Counted from the stretch's first letter, positions 11,006 to 26,700 are shown. The stretch is DNA of 64,000 bases from a virus (IMGVR_UViG_3300028840_000789:3687-67686), one strand, 5' to 3'. A program made the numbers and translations. The notes: generated by a model not told the origin, from the sequence alone.

Positions 11006-11687
11006 CTTGTGCAGACTTTATAAGTTTACCAGCAGTAAGATAATTTCCCTCAAGTGCAGCAGCACGAAATGCCAACTGCTTGATCTTCAACTCCCGTATA
11101 TCAATACGTAGTTGATTGTCCTTTTCATACTCAAGAGGTTTCAAAGTACGAACCTTTGTATTCATACACTTCCGATAGTAACCATCTATAACGGCATTAC
11201 AGATTTTGATACCAGAAGTAGTTTTGATAGCATCAAGATTATCAGATTCAAGGAGTACCCAACTACTACCATCGTAATAGTAAACCTTACTATTATCAGT
11301 ATTAAAATAGAGATCACCAAGAGTACCAGCAGCAACCCTAGTAGTATCCCTCTCGATCGGAAGCATATAGAAGATAAACCAACCATCCTCGGAGTATTCA
11401 ATTTTAAATCGTGTAGTATCAGTGTTCGTAAGACCTAAACCATCACCAATACCGACTACTGCATCAGTGTCGTTTGTGGTAGTGGTCTGAGTAACGAAGG
11501 ATGCTGTACCAGTATCTGGATTAACATGCTCCGCGAAGAAGACGAGGCATCTATCAGCCCGATCCGGATTGGTATCTACTCCCCAACCTCCATCACCATC
11601 CTGTGAATAGTCAAGACTATTCTCATCCACAGCAATGAATGAGAGGTCTTGTGAGGGATACCATGCTTGTTTTAGTACTAGTGCCAT
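10986..11687 (-). CDS. Tail hub-like structural protein, 233 aa
   Basis: GGWG..NP and DGWF beta region followed by a helical C-terminus ending in Cys, like crAss-like tail hub proteins; first gene after the RNAP. Confidence 0.45.
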   Translation of the reverse strand: MALVLKQAWYPSQDLSFIAVDENSLDYSQDGDGGWGVDTNPDRADRCLVFFAEHVNPDTGTASFVTQTTTTNDTDAVVGIGDGLGLTNTDTTRFKIEYSEDGWFIFYMLPIERDTTRVAAGTLGDLYFNTDNSKVYYYDGSSWVLLESDNLDAIKTTSGIKICNAVIDGYYRKCMNTKVRTLKPLEYEKDNQLRIDIRELKIKQLAFRAAALEGNYLTAGKLIKSAQDVCNRL

Positions 11688-11718
11688 AGCTACAATATAT
11701 TATATAATAGTGTAATAA

Positions 11719-14700
11719 TCAATAAATCATTTTACTTGCTGAATAAGCTCGGTAGAATTGCGTGGTCAACGGCATCAACTGGCCCGCTTCCCGCATCCAT
11801 CTACTATGACCCGCATAGATTCCAGACTTAATCTCGTCCTGTCCAAGTATCAGCTTAACAGATGCATCCATAAATGAATACGTATCAGTAATAAGAGATG
11901 CGATAGGAATAGGTCGTCGTATAAGAGTCTCCATTTCAAACGGATTCGCATAGAAGGTAACGTCCATCTGCAATCTTGAAAGAGTATTTAGCAGCGTGTA
12001 GATAATTGCCTTCTGCTGTTCATCATCAGGATTCACCGCCATCTTTAACATCAAAGTTGTTCCTACAATACCAAGCAGGATCACAAGTTCTTGTAGATTC
12101 TTACGGAGGTTAGCAGCATCAACTTCACTAAATCCAGCTTCGTCAAACGTTGTATCAGCAAACATAAGTTTGCGCCCAAGTTGACCAAGTGTGAACAAGG
12201 TTGCCTGTGCCCATCCCATATCTTCGGTACCAGTAAAAGAGATGAATCCAACTCCGGTATTATAACGACCTTTTCGTTTAACACCAAGTATAGCGTCATC
12301 CTTTTCAGCCTCAAAGCGTTGTGCAAAAGCTTCGCCAATCCACCGTCTAAACTGCATGAACATTTGACCCCATACACTTCGGTCAGCAAGAATAGTAGCA
12401 GATGCGTGGTAGTTACCATGATTCATATTCTTAACCGATACGATCTTAGCAGCTATATCAGGTTCAGCTTCAGTCTCATGTATCCACTTACCATTAGCAT
12501 CGTAATGTTCCCATGCTTCACTACCGTCCTCCATCTTATGATGCTTCAGCATAGCAACCATAAGCGGCGCGTAGTTCAAGTATTCCGAGCTTGACATCAT
12601 TGCCAACGGCATCAACCTCTGTGGGAACCAACCTTTCTTGCCTACACTGTTACGCTGATACTCATGAGTAAGATCATCCAGATTAAACTTACGAACAAGA
12701 CTCCGGATTTTCTTAGCAGTATCAGTAGTTATCATGTTGAAGCTTGCGTTACGTCCAATACTATGAAGTGTTAAACCATAACCCGCAGCAAGTTCCTTCT
12801 GTGTATAGAATCTTCTATCAGCAGCAGTAACCCAGTTAGCAATTACACCGAAGTTAATGTTGTTCCATGCTGAGAAGAAGTTCCAGCCCATCCCCTTCAA
12901 CTGTACCATCTTCATTGCAGCCTTAACAAACTTCGTTGGCTTAATTGTTTGACCGAGATTTTCAAGACGCTGTTCGACACGAGCCTTAGCTTTCTCGTAC
13001 TCTTCGTGAGCAAGCTCACCATCGAGATATTGCTTGCGTAACTTGTCGAGAAGATCTTCCATCTCCTTGCGCTCCTGCTTCTCTTCTGTAGTCAACCACT
13101 TGCCCCAGCTACCTTCGTGTTCTTGAGGGATGCCATAGAAGTGTCGCATGAATTGATCAAGTGCACGACGTTGCATTGCAAAAGCTCCTACATTATCCTT
13201 ATACATTAACTTCTTTGTTGCACGATCAATCACGTTTCGACCGTCAGCAGTACGCTGTACCTCTGCGGCATTACTCATGATACGAGATGCGAGTTTAACC
13301 GCCGGCTCAACTCTAGCTTTGTGCTTATAGCTAAGTCCCATCATTACCGAATACTTGAGAGCGGCTTCAAGATCAAATCTCTTATCATGCGCAACCTTAT
13401 CTCTAGCTACAGCTATCATCTCCCGTCTTTCAGCGAGTGTTGGCTCCTGACCATTGTCAGCAATATGTGCAAGACGCATCTTATCAACGATATCATCAAC
13501 AGCAGCTTTATCAGAGGGTATCTTTATATTAAATCCTGTTACAGCTTCGCCCGTAATTGGATCAGTAGATACGAATGCACTCTCTCTTTCATTCTGTGCA
13601 ATCATCTTATTAGCTGCATCCATAATGACACCGATACCAGCTGTAAGACTACCACTGTTCACGATCAGATCACCCACTGACTTCTTGAGATATGCAACTG
13701 AGTTTTGACTCATGTGCTCCACCGCGTGGTCTGGAAGTATCTGCCGGACGTGTCGCATCTGTCTGGTGTAGTAATCATAGAAGCGCAACAAATCTTCATC
13801 TGATGCAATCTCCTTAAAGTTCTCATCAGCATATTCATCAGTACGTGCGATAGAAGGAACATAATCATTCTCCGTTTTCTTCACATCCTTCAGTGCACCA
13901 CGTACCTTAGTATTATCACCATCAATAACACGCTCGCCATACCAATAAGGACTGTTCTCCTTCACCCATTTCCGGATCAACTTGTTACGCTCTTCCTCGT
14001 CCTTGATCTCCTCAGTAATCATTTCTTTAGCATGCTCATAATCGGACTTGTAATTCTCAAGAGCTTCGGCAGCTTGCCCCATCATCTTCTCATACTCCGC
14101 GTCACCAATGATCTCTCGTATTTCATCACGATGTGCTTGATCACCTTCCTTCATTGCAGCCGATAGGAACGTATGATTGTATGCACGATCCTCCTCACTT
14201 TCAAAGACTTCATCAATCTTGAATAATCTTCGGAAATCGAACGTCAGGTTATTCTTACGAATGAAGTCATAATACTTAGTCCAAGCTTCGCCACCTTCTT
14301 TCTTAGCTTCATTAGCAAGCTTCGTTCGCATCCAGTAATACTCCGGCGTGAAGGGTGAAACAGTCCAACCTGTATAACGACCACGTTCATCTTTCTGTCT
14401 GAATAGATCATACAACCTATCACCCTTATAGCCTCGTTCCTTGAGTTTCTTAATAGCTTTCTCAGCAATACCATTGAACTCTTCTTCAAACTCCGCTAGT
14501 TCGTTCTTGAAGTGCATGTCAGCATCCCAAACAAACTTACTAATAACTTGGAACATGGCATTATCAAAACGACTAATATCTAACGTCTGGGCATGTAGCC
14601 AGTCCACGTCTTTCGACTCTTGGAGTATTTGATCAATACCTTTTTTAACACCTACCGACTCCATGTACTTGTTCATCAATTTATCACGACCCTCAGAAAG

Positions 14701-17700
14701 ACGACCTTCAAGTCGTTCAGCAGTATTCTTGTACTCCTCTAACTTAGCAACTAGTTCATTATCAGGATCTTCACGTTCTTCTTGAGTGAACAGCACGTCC
14801 ATCGACTTCTTCCAAAGGTTCACGATTCGTTCCGCCTCGAAGAAATGTTCAGGTCTCATATCATCACCCTTAGCTACAATCTGTCTAACTCGATCAAGAT
14901 CACGAGCAGCAAACAGATCAATCTTCTTGAGTGTCTTACGATTCCGCAAGTTCTTTATCTCACGATTTAGTACTCGAATACGGGATTCAAGTTCCTGTAC
15001 TCGAAGGATAGATCCCTTAACACCACGTATCTGAGCGATAGTACCTTGGATCTCCTTGACACGTTGTTGCCGGTCAGCTATGATCTTGTCAACTCCCTTG
15101 GGCGGTCCCGTACGTGCATATGGATCGGCTTCTATTGGAGCAACAGCACCTGTTTCAAAAGCATGTCCACTAGCCTTCTTACCAATTTCCTGTCTCTTAG
15201 TGTAAGTAACCTGTAGTGCGATTTCCATCGCTCTAGTAAGAGCAGAATTAGGATCGTAGGCATCACCCTCTAAGGATGCGGATATAAGTTTAACAACACC
15301 ATCTTTAATGTCATCCGATGTATTAGCACGTCGTTTGAGAGACTTAGGAAGTTGGATCTTATTCAAGATCTTCTGTACCGCCTTGTCTGTAAGAATCTCA
15401 ACAGCAAACTCATGTATCGCTGTTTCACCTTCAAGCTGTCGCAACCTGCTCTTGAGTGCTTCATCTTCAAGATCATCAATTGCGGCAAACATCTTAGGCT
15501 TCACATACTTCATGATCTCTTCCAACTCTGCATAGAGCTTCTTCATGGTTGAATCAGTCTCTCGCTTCTTCATAACATCCTCCAGCTGCTCCCATGTTAC
15601 CACGTGGAACAACTCGTGGAAGATCACCCGCATTACATCTTCACGTGAGTAACGTCGTTGATGCATTGCCTTACGATAGAATGTAATACTTACCTTACCA
15701 TCCTCAGTCACTTTAAAGAGTGCATCCTTGTCCGTTTCATCCTTACTAGTCTCATCATCATTAACGATAGTTACCTGATTCATTACATCACGGAACCCAT
15801 CCAGCAGATAGTTAGCAAAGTACTCGTATGCAGGAACACCAGTTATACCAGTAACGTGTTCCAAGAGTCTAGTTGCTTTCGGAAACGCAGGAAGAGCATC
15901 GTAGACAGCAGATTGTCGTGGACGTTTAGGCGTCGTAGACTCTGTCTTAATAACAGGGTTCGTACTATCAGTACTGTTAGGTAGAGTACTATTCGGATTC
16001 TCAAGTTCTTGGAAAGCACGTCTATTGTTCTTTTCCATCAACGACTGAATAGGACTATCACCAACTGTACGAACATACTCACTCATACCAAACGTACCGA
16101 GAACTGGTATCTGCTTGTAGATATATTCACCTTCAGCATTAGAACCATCGAAGACATACAATGACCATTGCGGCTTCTTATTTACGATCCGTCGTACCGA
16201 GAAGTACTTCATTGGCCCACCCTTATCTTTCTCATCCATACTCACCAATTCGTTCTGCCACTTCTCATTACCTTCAAGTGCTTCCGGATCAACCATCAGT
16301 ACCTTAGCTTTACCAATCTCTTCGTTATCACTAGCAACGAACATACCAGAGTTACTAGCAGTGATACGCTTAGCATGGTAAGGCTTGTGTTGGTAATACT
16401 GCATGAGGAATGCTTCTGGCTTCATACGTTCACTATCATGCCAAAGAGTATTATCCTTACCAACAGCTCTTTCTAGAAGTCGTCGTCGTAATGGGAACGG
16501 TACGTACCGCGAGAATGAACGAGCATCATGATTTCCAGATAGAATATCATACATCGCCAGATCCATAGCAAGATCATTGGTAGTATATTCTTTACCATTA
16601 AACGTACCAAGTGGTCTATTCTCCTCTAGCAGACTCATGAAACCAGCATGAATGTGCTCCTCTGTTATACGTCGTGCTGATGCATTCTCAATATAAACAA
16701 GAGAAAGACCATCGTTCTTCTTAGTAACATGATGCTTCAATAACCTAAAGAATGCATTGTCAGCAAGCTTACTCTGCTCCTTCAACATCTTGACAATCGA
16801 AGCAAGAGATTTATTAGTCTTAGTATCTTTAGTAAGACGTCCTCGGAGCTGTTGAACATTCTCTGTGAGAGCTGAACTCATATAAGAGGCAACTTCGAGA
16901 GAGATTTGATGTCGTAGTGCGCCTCTTGCGTCGTGGCCTCTATTCCGTAAGCCAGACGTATGTTCTATACGAGAAACAACCTCATTAAAGAAATCGTTAT
17001 CGTAGGGAAGTATCGTTCTCCAAAGTTGGTTGTTGATATGTAAACCAAACTTATAAGCAAGACCATTAATAGTACGAGGATTGAAACTAGTAAGTTCTAA
17101 ACCTTCATCTGCTTCTTCTATGTTCTCAAAGAAGTCACCAAGTAGTGCAGGAGCATTATATATCTTTAGCTGACCTAGCTTCCGTGCATCTTCCTCTTTC
17201 AATACCGAGTGAGAGTAGAACTTAGGAATACCTTTACTATCACTGTTAATTGCAGTAGTAGCAGTCCGTAGGTCATCCCCGAATCGTTTGATATGTACAA
17301 AGTACTCAAGTAAAGCACGCTGTGTTTCAATGTCACTTTCAGTATTAATCTGATCCATCATAGTATCAGAACTAATTTGACGTGCCATATTAAGAAGCAT
17401 ATAATCTTCATTAGATTCTTGCAACGTCTGCTCGAACTCCGGTGAATTATACTTCTCAACTACTTCGGCATAAGCCAACTTAGCAGCACCATTGTTGTCA
17501 GCATCTTCTACAAACGTACCTTGATACTTATTAAGTGCTGTAACATAATCTCTAACGATAGGCTGATTAATGAAAGCTGATATTGTACGCTCATCAAAAC
17601 CACTAACAATCAATGCGTTAATAACAGGATAGGTAGAGTTATTAATATTAAGCTTACTTAATGCACCAATCTTTTCATCATCAAGTGCTGCATTCTGGAA

Positions 17701-20700
17701 GTAAGCCGCAACTTGTGACTTACGAACACCACCATGACCTAACGGATTATCCATACGTGTACCATACTGCTCTCCGAATCGGAACCGTATTTCATGTAAC
17801 CTACCAGTATTCTCGTTCTTAGTAGCAAAGTACATCGGCTTCCCTGACATCTGTACCGTACTCATGAAGGTAGTTACCAGTGAGAATACACCGACGCCTG
17901 CCTTAGCTTGACGTCCAGATAAGTACCTATCTCTCTGATACATACTAGTAGCAGGACTAAAGACACCAGCACTGTTTAGCTTCGAGTCGATCTCGGCAGC
18001 AAGCTCTTCCAACTGACCGTAACCAATAGGATTGGTCATCAGGTCATAAGTCTCGGGCCGTGACATCACCTCTAAGTGTATCTCATGCTGTTCATCCTGG
18101 AGCCGCTTAATCTTACTCTGTAGAATGGCATCTTCCTTATCCCAGATCGTATTAACACTAGCATCGTTCTCACGTTCTTCATCAAGACGTGCTTTCTCAG
18201 CCGCCCACTTCTTCTCAATCTCTGCTTCACTATGCTGATACCTACGCATCTTAACTTGACCATCAGTATCGGTATACGTCTCAAAGTTGAAGAAGTTCAT
18301 GTACAACTTATCCACGTCAAAGTCAGATCCCATCTGTGCAACGAAGTCCCTAGTAGCAATGACCATGTTCTGCTCCATCGGTAAGAACCCTACTATCTCA
18401 ACCTCCGCCATCGAAGACTGATTAGATGTAGGAATACGATAGGCAAAGCTACGTAATAGTTCCGCAGGAATCCTAGTCATATCAATACGTCCATCGTCAT
18501 TCATGAATTGCTCCATCGGAATGACGTTGCCATTATGATCTCTAAAGTTCCACGGTACGATCACCTGTGCAGGTCGAACACGTTTTTGGGGAACAGCTTT
18601 CTTACCAAGCGAACGTTTTTCCACGAAAGTATTTCGGATCGCAGCTTTGATAGCATCTCGACCTTTGTTCGTATTACCGAAGGCAAGAACTATACCAGTA
18701 TTAGGTTTAAGCTTTGGTAGTTCGTCAAGCTCTCTCCAACCTACAAACCCATCAGCAGGGGTATAATAAGTGACATACCACTTGTCAGTAAGATTATCAT
18801 AGAGGCTAACTTTCTTACCTTGATCAATAGCCATCTGAGCAGTCCATGCTCCCTGATCTTCAAGATGATCACCATTGAATCGACCAGTCATGATAATCTC
18901 ACTAGACTCCATAACAACACGGTGACTAGCGCGTATATGCGCTCTAACCAACCTGCCCTTATCACCTTCCGGTATTGATTTGTTAGGTAAGGAAAGAGCC
19001 GCTTGCTCTAGTGCATTACTTGCAGCAGTCTCTTGACCTTCACTAAGTCGAATTGTATTAGCAAGATTTGAAGGAGTTTCCCTATGATGATATGCTGATA
19101 TGTTAAGATTAAACTCGGCAGCCAGTTCTTCTAGAACCATATTCTGATCACCGCCTTCAGTATTAATCTGGAACGCACCACCAGCAAATGTTTCAGTAAA
19201 TTCTGTCTCGGCGGGTTCCAGGATTAACTGTACATGATCTTCGTAACCGATGCCGCGTACGGCTTCACCAGTTTCTTCGGCACTTGCGCGTCGCCAGTTA
19301 GCTCGAACGTTTTCAACATCAAGACCTTGCACCTTAGCAAACTCTTCGGGAGTAGTCTCTGATGCTTCTCGCTTCTGTACGATCTTATAGAAGGCAGCCT
19401 CACTTGGCCCCTCAACTCGAATAACATCACCTTCAGCAAGTGTATCAAACTCTTTATACTGTGTACTGATACCAGTAGCTTCACCACTTTTAAGAGCACC
19501 AAATAATGTCTTAGCCTTCATGCCCTTCGCAGGCTTGTTGTTATCTTTATACGCAACATCAACCTTAACTGACTTCTTATGTCCACCCTTAGCAACGAGA
19601 GCCTTAACTCGCTCCATGCGGTTAACCTCCTCGAACTGCTCTTCTTCAACCATTCGATCCTCTAGTTTCGCAGGCTTTAGTTCACCTTTATAATTATCGG
19701 TAAACACAATACCGTTACCAGGACTATCTAGGAACTTTTGTAAGGCCGCCTCATCATCGAGCATCTCCTTGTTCAGCTTCCAACCATCCTCCGATACCAG
19801 TACGTGACCAGCACCAGGTACTTTATTCTCAAGAACTTTGTTCTGCACAATAGAGTTGAGCAGACTTTCAACACGAGTTCTACTGTTAGAGAACGGAAGT
19901 TGAGCTATAAACTCTGCTTCCGGCAAAGCAAGAAGTGCAATATCGTTATTAGGATAACCACGAGCTATTGCTTCTTCGTGTAGCTTCTTCTGTACGACGG
20001 AAACATTCAGCTCTCTAACACCGGTCTCCTCATTCTTAGGTGACAGTGTGTTAAGTAGGTATTCAGCCTTTGCTTCAAAGAGCTGAGTATAGTTATCCAT
20101 ATATCTCTTAGCAATCTCGGACATCTCGGGATGCTGCAACAGGTCAACTAACAAGAGCTTCCGTTGCTGAGTAGCATCTTTAATACGAGACTTATTAGGA
20201 TTATAAGGTATGTCCTGCTGAATCCTAAAGCCCTCTAAGGGTAGTGCCAGAGTATTTGTAGCATCAAATTCAAAGTCGTCTCTTACATCACCATTTTCAT
20301 CCCAAAGTTGTGAAGTACTAGTATCACCATCTTGAGATATTAATGCACCCAACTTCCAAGCAGAACGTGAAGCAACACGATCTACCCTACCTTGGATCAT
20401 CTTCTGTCGAACCTTATCAATCTCCAAGCCTTCAGTCAGCTGCTTGATCAATGGGATAGAAGATGACTTGATATATACAGCACGTTCAGTTAAGCCATCA
20501 TCTGCACGTCGGTAGTTCCAACGATAGACAGGCTTCTGAGGTTGTAATGCTTTAGTAAGTTCAAAGATCTGTGACAAGTCTTGCTTGGATAGTTGCTTCT
20601 TATCTTCAAGACGTAACCATCTTTCTGCTTGCTCACGAGGTATCATACCTTGACTTACAAGTACATCAAGATGTTCTTCAAGAGTAGTCCACTCCTGTGA

Positions 20701-23700
20701 GTCAGCACCTTTAATAGCAGCGTACTCCTTATGTTTTTTAGCAAGTTCTTCATTAAGTGACCTAGCTTTACGATCATCAACTATACCGTAAATGATGTTT
20801 CTCTTAACGGGATTGAGTACACGCGGACGACCGGGTGCATCATCACCAGCAAGTCGTTTACCAATGTTATCGAATGTGTTACGAACTTGAGCTTGTACAT
20901 CAGCACCTTTAGTCCAAAAGAGTGCAGGATCACCAGCAAACAACTTAAAGATGTTTGTATTAGCTACGAGTGAGTTCATCAAGAAGTCCATTGCCACATA
21001 CTTCATGAGTTTCTCACCACTAGCTGCACTCATGTTTTTGGCATGAGTAAGATAAGAACCATCAACATTCTTGAGATACTTCTTACCATTAGATGAGGTC
21101 TGAATGATCCCGTGTTCTTCCCACTTTGCTATAAGGTCGTTTAGCTTTGACTGGAAGTGCGACGCTACAATATCCTTAATGTTCTGAATATGAGTCTTAC
21201 CATTACTAGCAACTTCGGTTTCCAGATCTGCCATTGGAAGTAAGACTCCATCTTCATCATACAGCTCCTGTACGAGAGTACTACCACCTTCATGATTAAG
21301 TTCCGGAACAAAGTAGAACAATCCTTTACCGCCTTGCATCTGTGGGTTGTCCACGTTGACATTCGTGAAAGCGTGTATCCTATCCATATCAGGCTTAACC
21401 ATCTCCTCGAATAAGATATCAACCATATCGTCTGCTAGATTCTCTTCCGAGTTCATTGCAGTATCAACACCTACAGTAGTCAATGCAGTCAGGTTTTTCT
21501 TACCAGTATTTGGGTAGAGCATATGAACGATACGCTTCGTACCCTTATTCCGCATACGACCATTGTTTGTAAAGAGAGCAAGTTCCAGTACACTAAGTTC
21601 TGGATCAGTTAACTCACCAGTCTCTTTACCTTTCTGACGACCCTCAGACTTATATGCATCAACGAGGAACATATCGAAGACCTCCTGCATGTCGGGATCA
21701 CTTTCCAACAGCTTGGCCCAACGAGCATTCTTGTTGTACGCCATCTCCTTGAGGTTCTCAAGGAGACTTTGTTGAGGATCAAGTAGTAATCTAAAACGAT
21801 CATTCATATACTTATTATAAGCATATCCATAGATCATTTTATTCTTACCATTATAAAAGCTATGTGCATGGACGTCATTGCGGAATATAGCATTATGACT
21901 TGCCATACGACGTATAGCGTTATCTTCAAAGAGAGAAACTTCTTCAATACTTTGACCAGTCTTAGCACTCTGCTGAGCACGCTCCAATAGTATAACAAGC
22001 GCACCAGTCTTAGGCTTAATGCGCTGTGTCCATATACCATTATGCGTAACGGATTCCTCAAGTGCAAGAGGTTCGAGTTCGATACCAAAATGAGAGAGAT
22101 ACTGATCATACAACCGTACTGCTGTATCTAGCCATTCTTGGTAGTCCTTATTCTCTGGCCCCAATCGGTTCTTGACATGCTGCTTGACAGTATTGAAATC
22201 CTTCTCAATCTGTTCAACATCCTCTGCTGTATAACGTACATCACCATCTTCCGTCTGGAACATATCGTCGTTTGCCCGTAGGTTCGACATCCACATATCC
22301 ATCAGCGTCCGTCCTTCAGCAGTTCTGTTCGAGTCAACTACCTTCATACTTTGACCGTCCTGGATGACATACTTCATCTTGACAGCACCCTTAGTCATTT
22401 CAGTAGCAAACTCATTCTGAACTTGCTCACCAGCAGCTTCAAGCTTATCAACTACTTGTGCAAGGTACGGCTGTACGTTACGATCTCTAGCAGATTTGAG
22501 TCGAGCAATAACCTCACTATACTTAGGTGCAGCACCTGCTAAGATAGCTTGCAGTGCAGCATATACTTCATCATGAGCCTCAAACAGTTCAACCATTAAA
22601 TAAGAAGCACGCTTCTTACCATCAGGTCGTCGTCTATCAACTTGGTTGATACCAGATAGGAACAGCTTTAACCGTCCCGATAAGGTATCGTGAGGATTCA
22701 ATTCAATATTAGTCTTATCGTAATCAGTCTTCTCGTTGTATCCTTCAATATCAAGAGACTCATTAGCTTCTTGGTGATCATCATTAGTGTTACCTTCACT
22801 AATCTTGATACCATTGATTCGCTTTAGTCTACTCTTAATAGCCTCAGCAATCTTCGGCCAGTTCTTATCACTGATAATATTTGCAACCTTGTCTGCAACT
22901 TCATCGTTACCATCGGCACGTACGTTCCTTTCTTGCGCCTCAAGATTAGCTTTAATTTCAGCAATGATCTGACCGTAGCTTAGTTTCTTACCCTGTTTTG
23001 CAACAAGCTGATTAAGAACACCAAATGCAAATGAGCTGACAAGTTCGTGTTGCTGTAAAGCAGTAATGCCATCAACACGGAACCTTGCGTATTCATCAAT
23101 GGCCTCTTGGATTATAGGATCACTAATGTCACCTTTCTCTGGTTCAGCAGCAACTGCACCAGTTACAAACGAAGTACCTAATTCATCATCACCGTACTTC
23201 TTAGGCTCGGGCTTAGGTTTAGTCTGTATAGGAGCATCCTCAACAGTAGTACCCTCAAGCTTAGCACGAATCTTTTCAATAACAGCGTTAGGAGTATCCG
23301 ATCCTAATATTGGAATATCTAAACCTTTTGCAACAGATCGTAGTGCATTAGTAATAAAGGCAGGAACACCACCTTCATCTATACTATCAAGTATTTCACG
23401 CGCCTTAGATTCAACTGTAGTAGGACTACCCTTCTTCTTAGGTTCAGTCTTAACTTCAACATCCTCGACCGGTCCCGGCACTTCCGTAGGAACAGTAACA
23501 GTTATATTAGGTTGTTGGAATACAGTATAGTTACCATCACCCAGATCAAACTGTACGACATTAGTAGTATGTACACCTTTAAGAAATGTATCATAAGCCG
23601 TCTCAACAATTTTTGCATCTCCCGTTTCTGTAATAAGAGGATACTTAATCTTACCTGTCTCAAAAGGAGTTTGACCTTGTTGAGCTGGATCAAGACTAGC

Positions 23701-26700
23701 GTGGAAATAACTAAGGGCAACAACATCAGCAACACCTTGATAGAACTCTTCGGAATCAATCAGTACACTATCTTCACCAAGACCAGATCGAAACACCATG
23801 TTCTGATCTTCATCAAGCATTGCTGTCATGTATAGCTTATTCCCACCTATCGCAATGTCAATACCGTTAGGTGTAATATGTATAAAGGAATCGTTTTCGT
23901 TCTCAACCGTCTCCATCTTGTCGCGGAGGTACTCACCCTTTTCAAGGTGTGCAGTATCCATAAAGAGACGTACATAATTCTCAAGACCTTTGGCAGTAGA
24001 TAAGTTAAAGCCAGCTTTTTCAGCAGCTTTAAAAGCTTCTGTAGTAAGGTTTTGTGTAAGATGTAAACGAATAGCTTCTACAATAGAAGTAACGATTTCA
24101 GGTCGTGTGTCTAGTCTTGTAGACATAAGAGGTATAGCAAAGTAGCTATCCTTTGTCTTAGGTACGAACGCATACAAGTGACCACTATTAAGATCGTGTC
24201 CAACATACTCACCCGCAGGTGACTTACCGTTAAAGTATTGAATACCTTTAGAAGTTTTAACACCAATAGAAACATTGGGATCTTTGAAAGCCTCTGCAAC
24301 ACTCATGGGCTTCTTACCAGCAGTAAAGGCTAAGTGACCTTGACTCTTATGCTCGATCTTCGATTGGTAAACTCCCTGCTTCACAATAGCTTCACGTGCT
24401 ATCCGTAGCATCTCTAAATCATCCTCAACATTCTCACCAACAACGCGATTAGGTATGCTATCAGTATCTGCTAGATAACCAATAATCTTACCATTCTCAT
24501 TCTTGATGGCAATAGGAATGTGATCATACTTCTGGTTACCTTCCTTATCAGCACCTTTCTCAACAAGTGATGCGTAAGTATTAGTACCATCATCATAATC
24601 ACGATCAACTTCCAATGTAACCTTAGTACCCTCGGTATAGAACCCGATAGCCAGCATCAACGGATCACGAAGTTCTTGACTCAGCTCATTACCCTCATCA
24701 GTAATCTGATCACCGTTCCTTTGGAAAGGTCTAGAAACATAAGATATTTTATTGTGACCCCACAACAGTAACTTGTTATCGAGATGAACTGTTTGTCCAT
24801 TCTCATCAGTTATAGTCTCACTAGCTTCCTTGTCAAGATCTTTAGCAATACGGTTAATCTCAAGCGGCTTCTCCGTATTAGTCGTATTAGTAGTTGATAC
24901 ATTAGCAGGGTTCTTAGGATTCGTAGCTCCAGTTCCTGGCTTTGCACTACCACCATCCTGACCGTCCCCGCTTTCAGCAGCCTCCTCAGGCGTAAACTTA
25001 TCAGCAATTTGTTCCCATATCTTCTCTTCCTCACCACGCTTAATCGTGCCTTCTATAGGAAGCATGGCAGCGTTCAGACCCTGCATCATGATCACTCGAT
25101 CGACGGTGTCCTTCTTGTAGAAGATCTTAACCATCGCCTTCTTACCATTATCACCAATACCGTCAACAGTAACTTGCGACGGATTCTCATTAGGCTTATA
25201 TACTTTAGGTGGTTTCTTAGGATCAGTAACTACACCGGTACCTGTCTCTTCCGTCTTCTTGGCACCATCTTCTTTCTTACCATCAGTACTCTTACCAGCA
25301 ACTGTGGGATCAGTGTTCTCCTCACCAGATTCTTTCTCAGTCTGCTTCTTAGCAATCTTCTTACCAGCACGTTTCTCTCGCTTAGCCTTAGCTGCATCCT
25401 TCTTACGTTGAGCTTTGTCAGCCTCAGCTTTCTCTTTCATCAGCTTCTTAGCCAACTCAAAGTCTTTCTTAGCTTGCTCTAAGCTAGTAGCATTAGCAAG
25501 CTGACTTGTGACGGAATCCTTGAAACTTCTAATAATAGCTCGTTCCTTGAGATCACGACTAAGTTCATGATCACCATCAAACTCATTAGACTCAATCGTT
25601 GCTTGCTTACGATCAATAGCAGCCAGGTTATCTTGATGCACCTTAATCTTACCTTCCAACTGATCACGTTGCGCCTTCATCTTATTGATCTGACGCGTAA
25701 TCGTATTAGTAGGAGTCTTTTTATGAGGAGGCTCAAGACCCTTATCCTCAAGCATCTTGATCGTACTATTACGTTTCTGAATCTCTTGCTTCATAGCCTC
25801 ATGCTCTTCAATAAGAGTATTCAGCTCATCACGCTCTTTAGTTGCAACATGAATATCAATATCGTCTGCATTGATAGCATCCCCACGTTCCCGTGCGAGA
25901 TCGGAGAGTAACTTCTCCTTGCGGGCACTAATTTTATTGTCAACTTCTTCAAGATGTTTATTAGCAAGTTCTTGATGACGTGACAATCTAAAGATCTCTT
26001 TAAGTCGAGGTTGGAATACAGGATTAGAGTACTTAGCACGTAGTCCTAAGAACTGGTTCTCCATCGTGATCATCCGCTTCTGAAACTGATTAAGTTCAGC
26101 CAGTTCCTCTTCGAGCATAGCAGTGTTCTCATTCGCATCCTTAGCAGCCTTAATTTCAGCCTGCTTATCAGATACCGCACCTTCGAGCGTACGTTCCAAC
26201 TTATCCGTAGTACCACGTTCAAAGTTCTCGTATGCTAAATCAATAAAGCTATCTTCCCGTATATATTCAGCAGCAGCACTCTCACCTTGATTCGTAGCTT
26301 GACGTAATGCAATACCACGATTGATTTGCTCCTGCAACTTGTTCTCGACATAAGCATTGTTACGCTTAATTTGCTCCTGTTGCTTGGTGTAGTCCTCATT
26401 GATACGGTCTTTGTTCATGAGGTCACCAGGACCTTGTATAATACCATATTGTATTGGGCCACCAAGGAATCCCATAACACCTTCAAGAAGAGCTTGTTCA
26501 CTAGTAGCAAACGACCACAAACGTTCCTGCATCGTTGTCGGAATACCATAGTCAAAGACTACACCAGCACGATCCTTAGCTTGAAACTTCGCCTCCTTCT
26601 GAATGACGTTCTGACCAATTTCTTCTACAGATTCACCAACTGCTTGTACAAGTGGGTTATCGACAGATAGCTTCTTAAAGGAATCTCTAAATGCTTTAGC

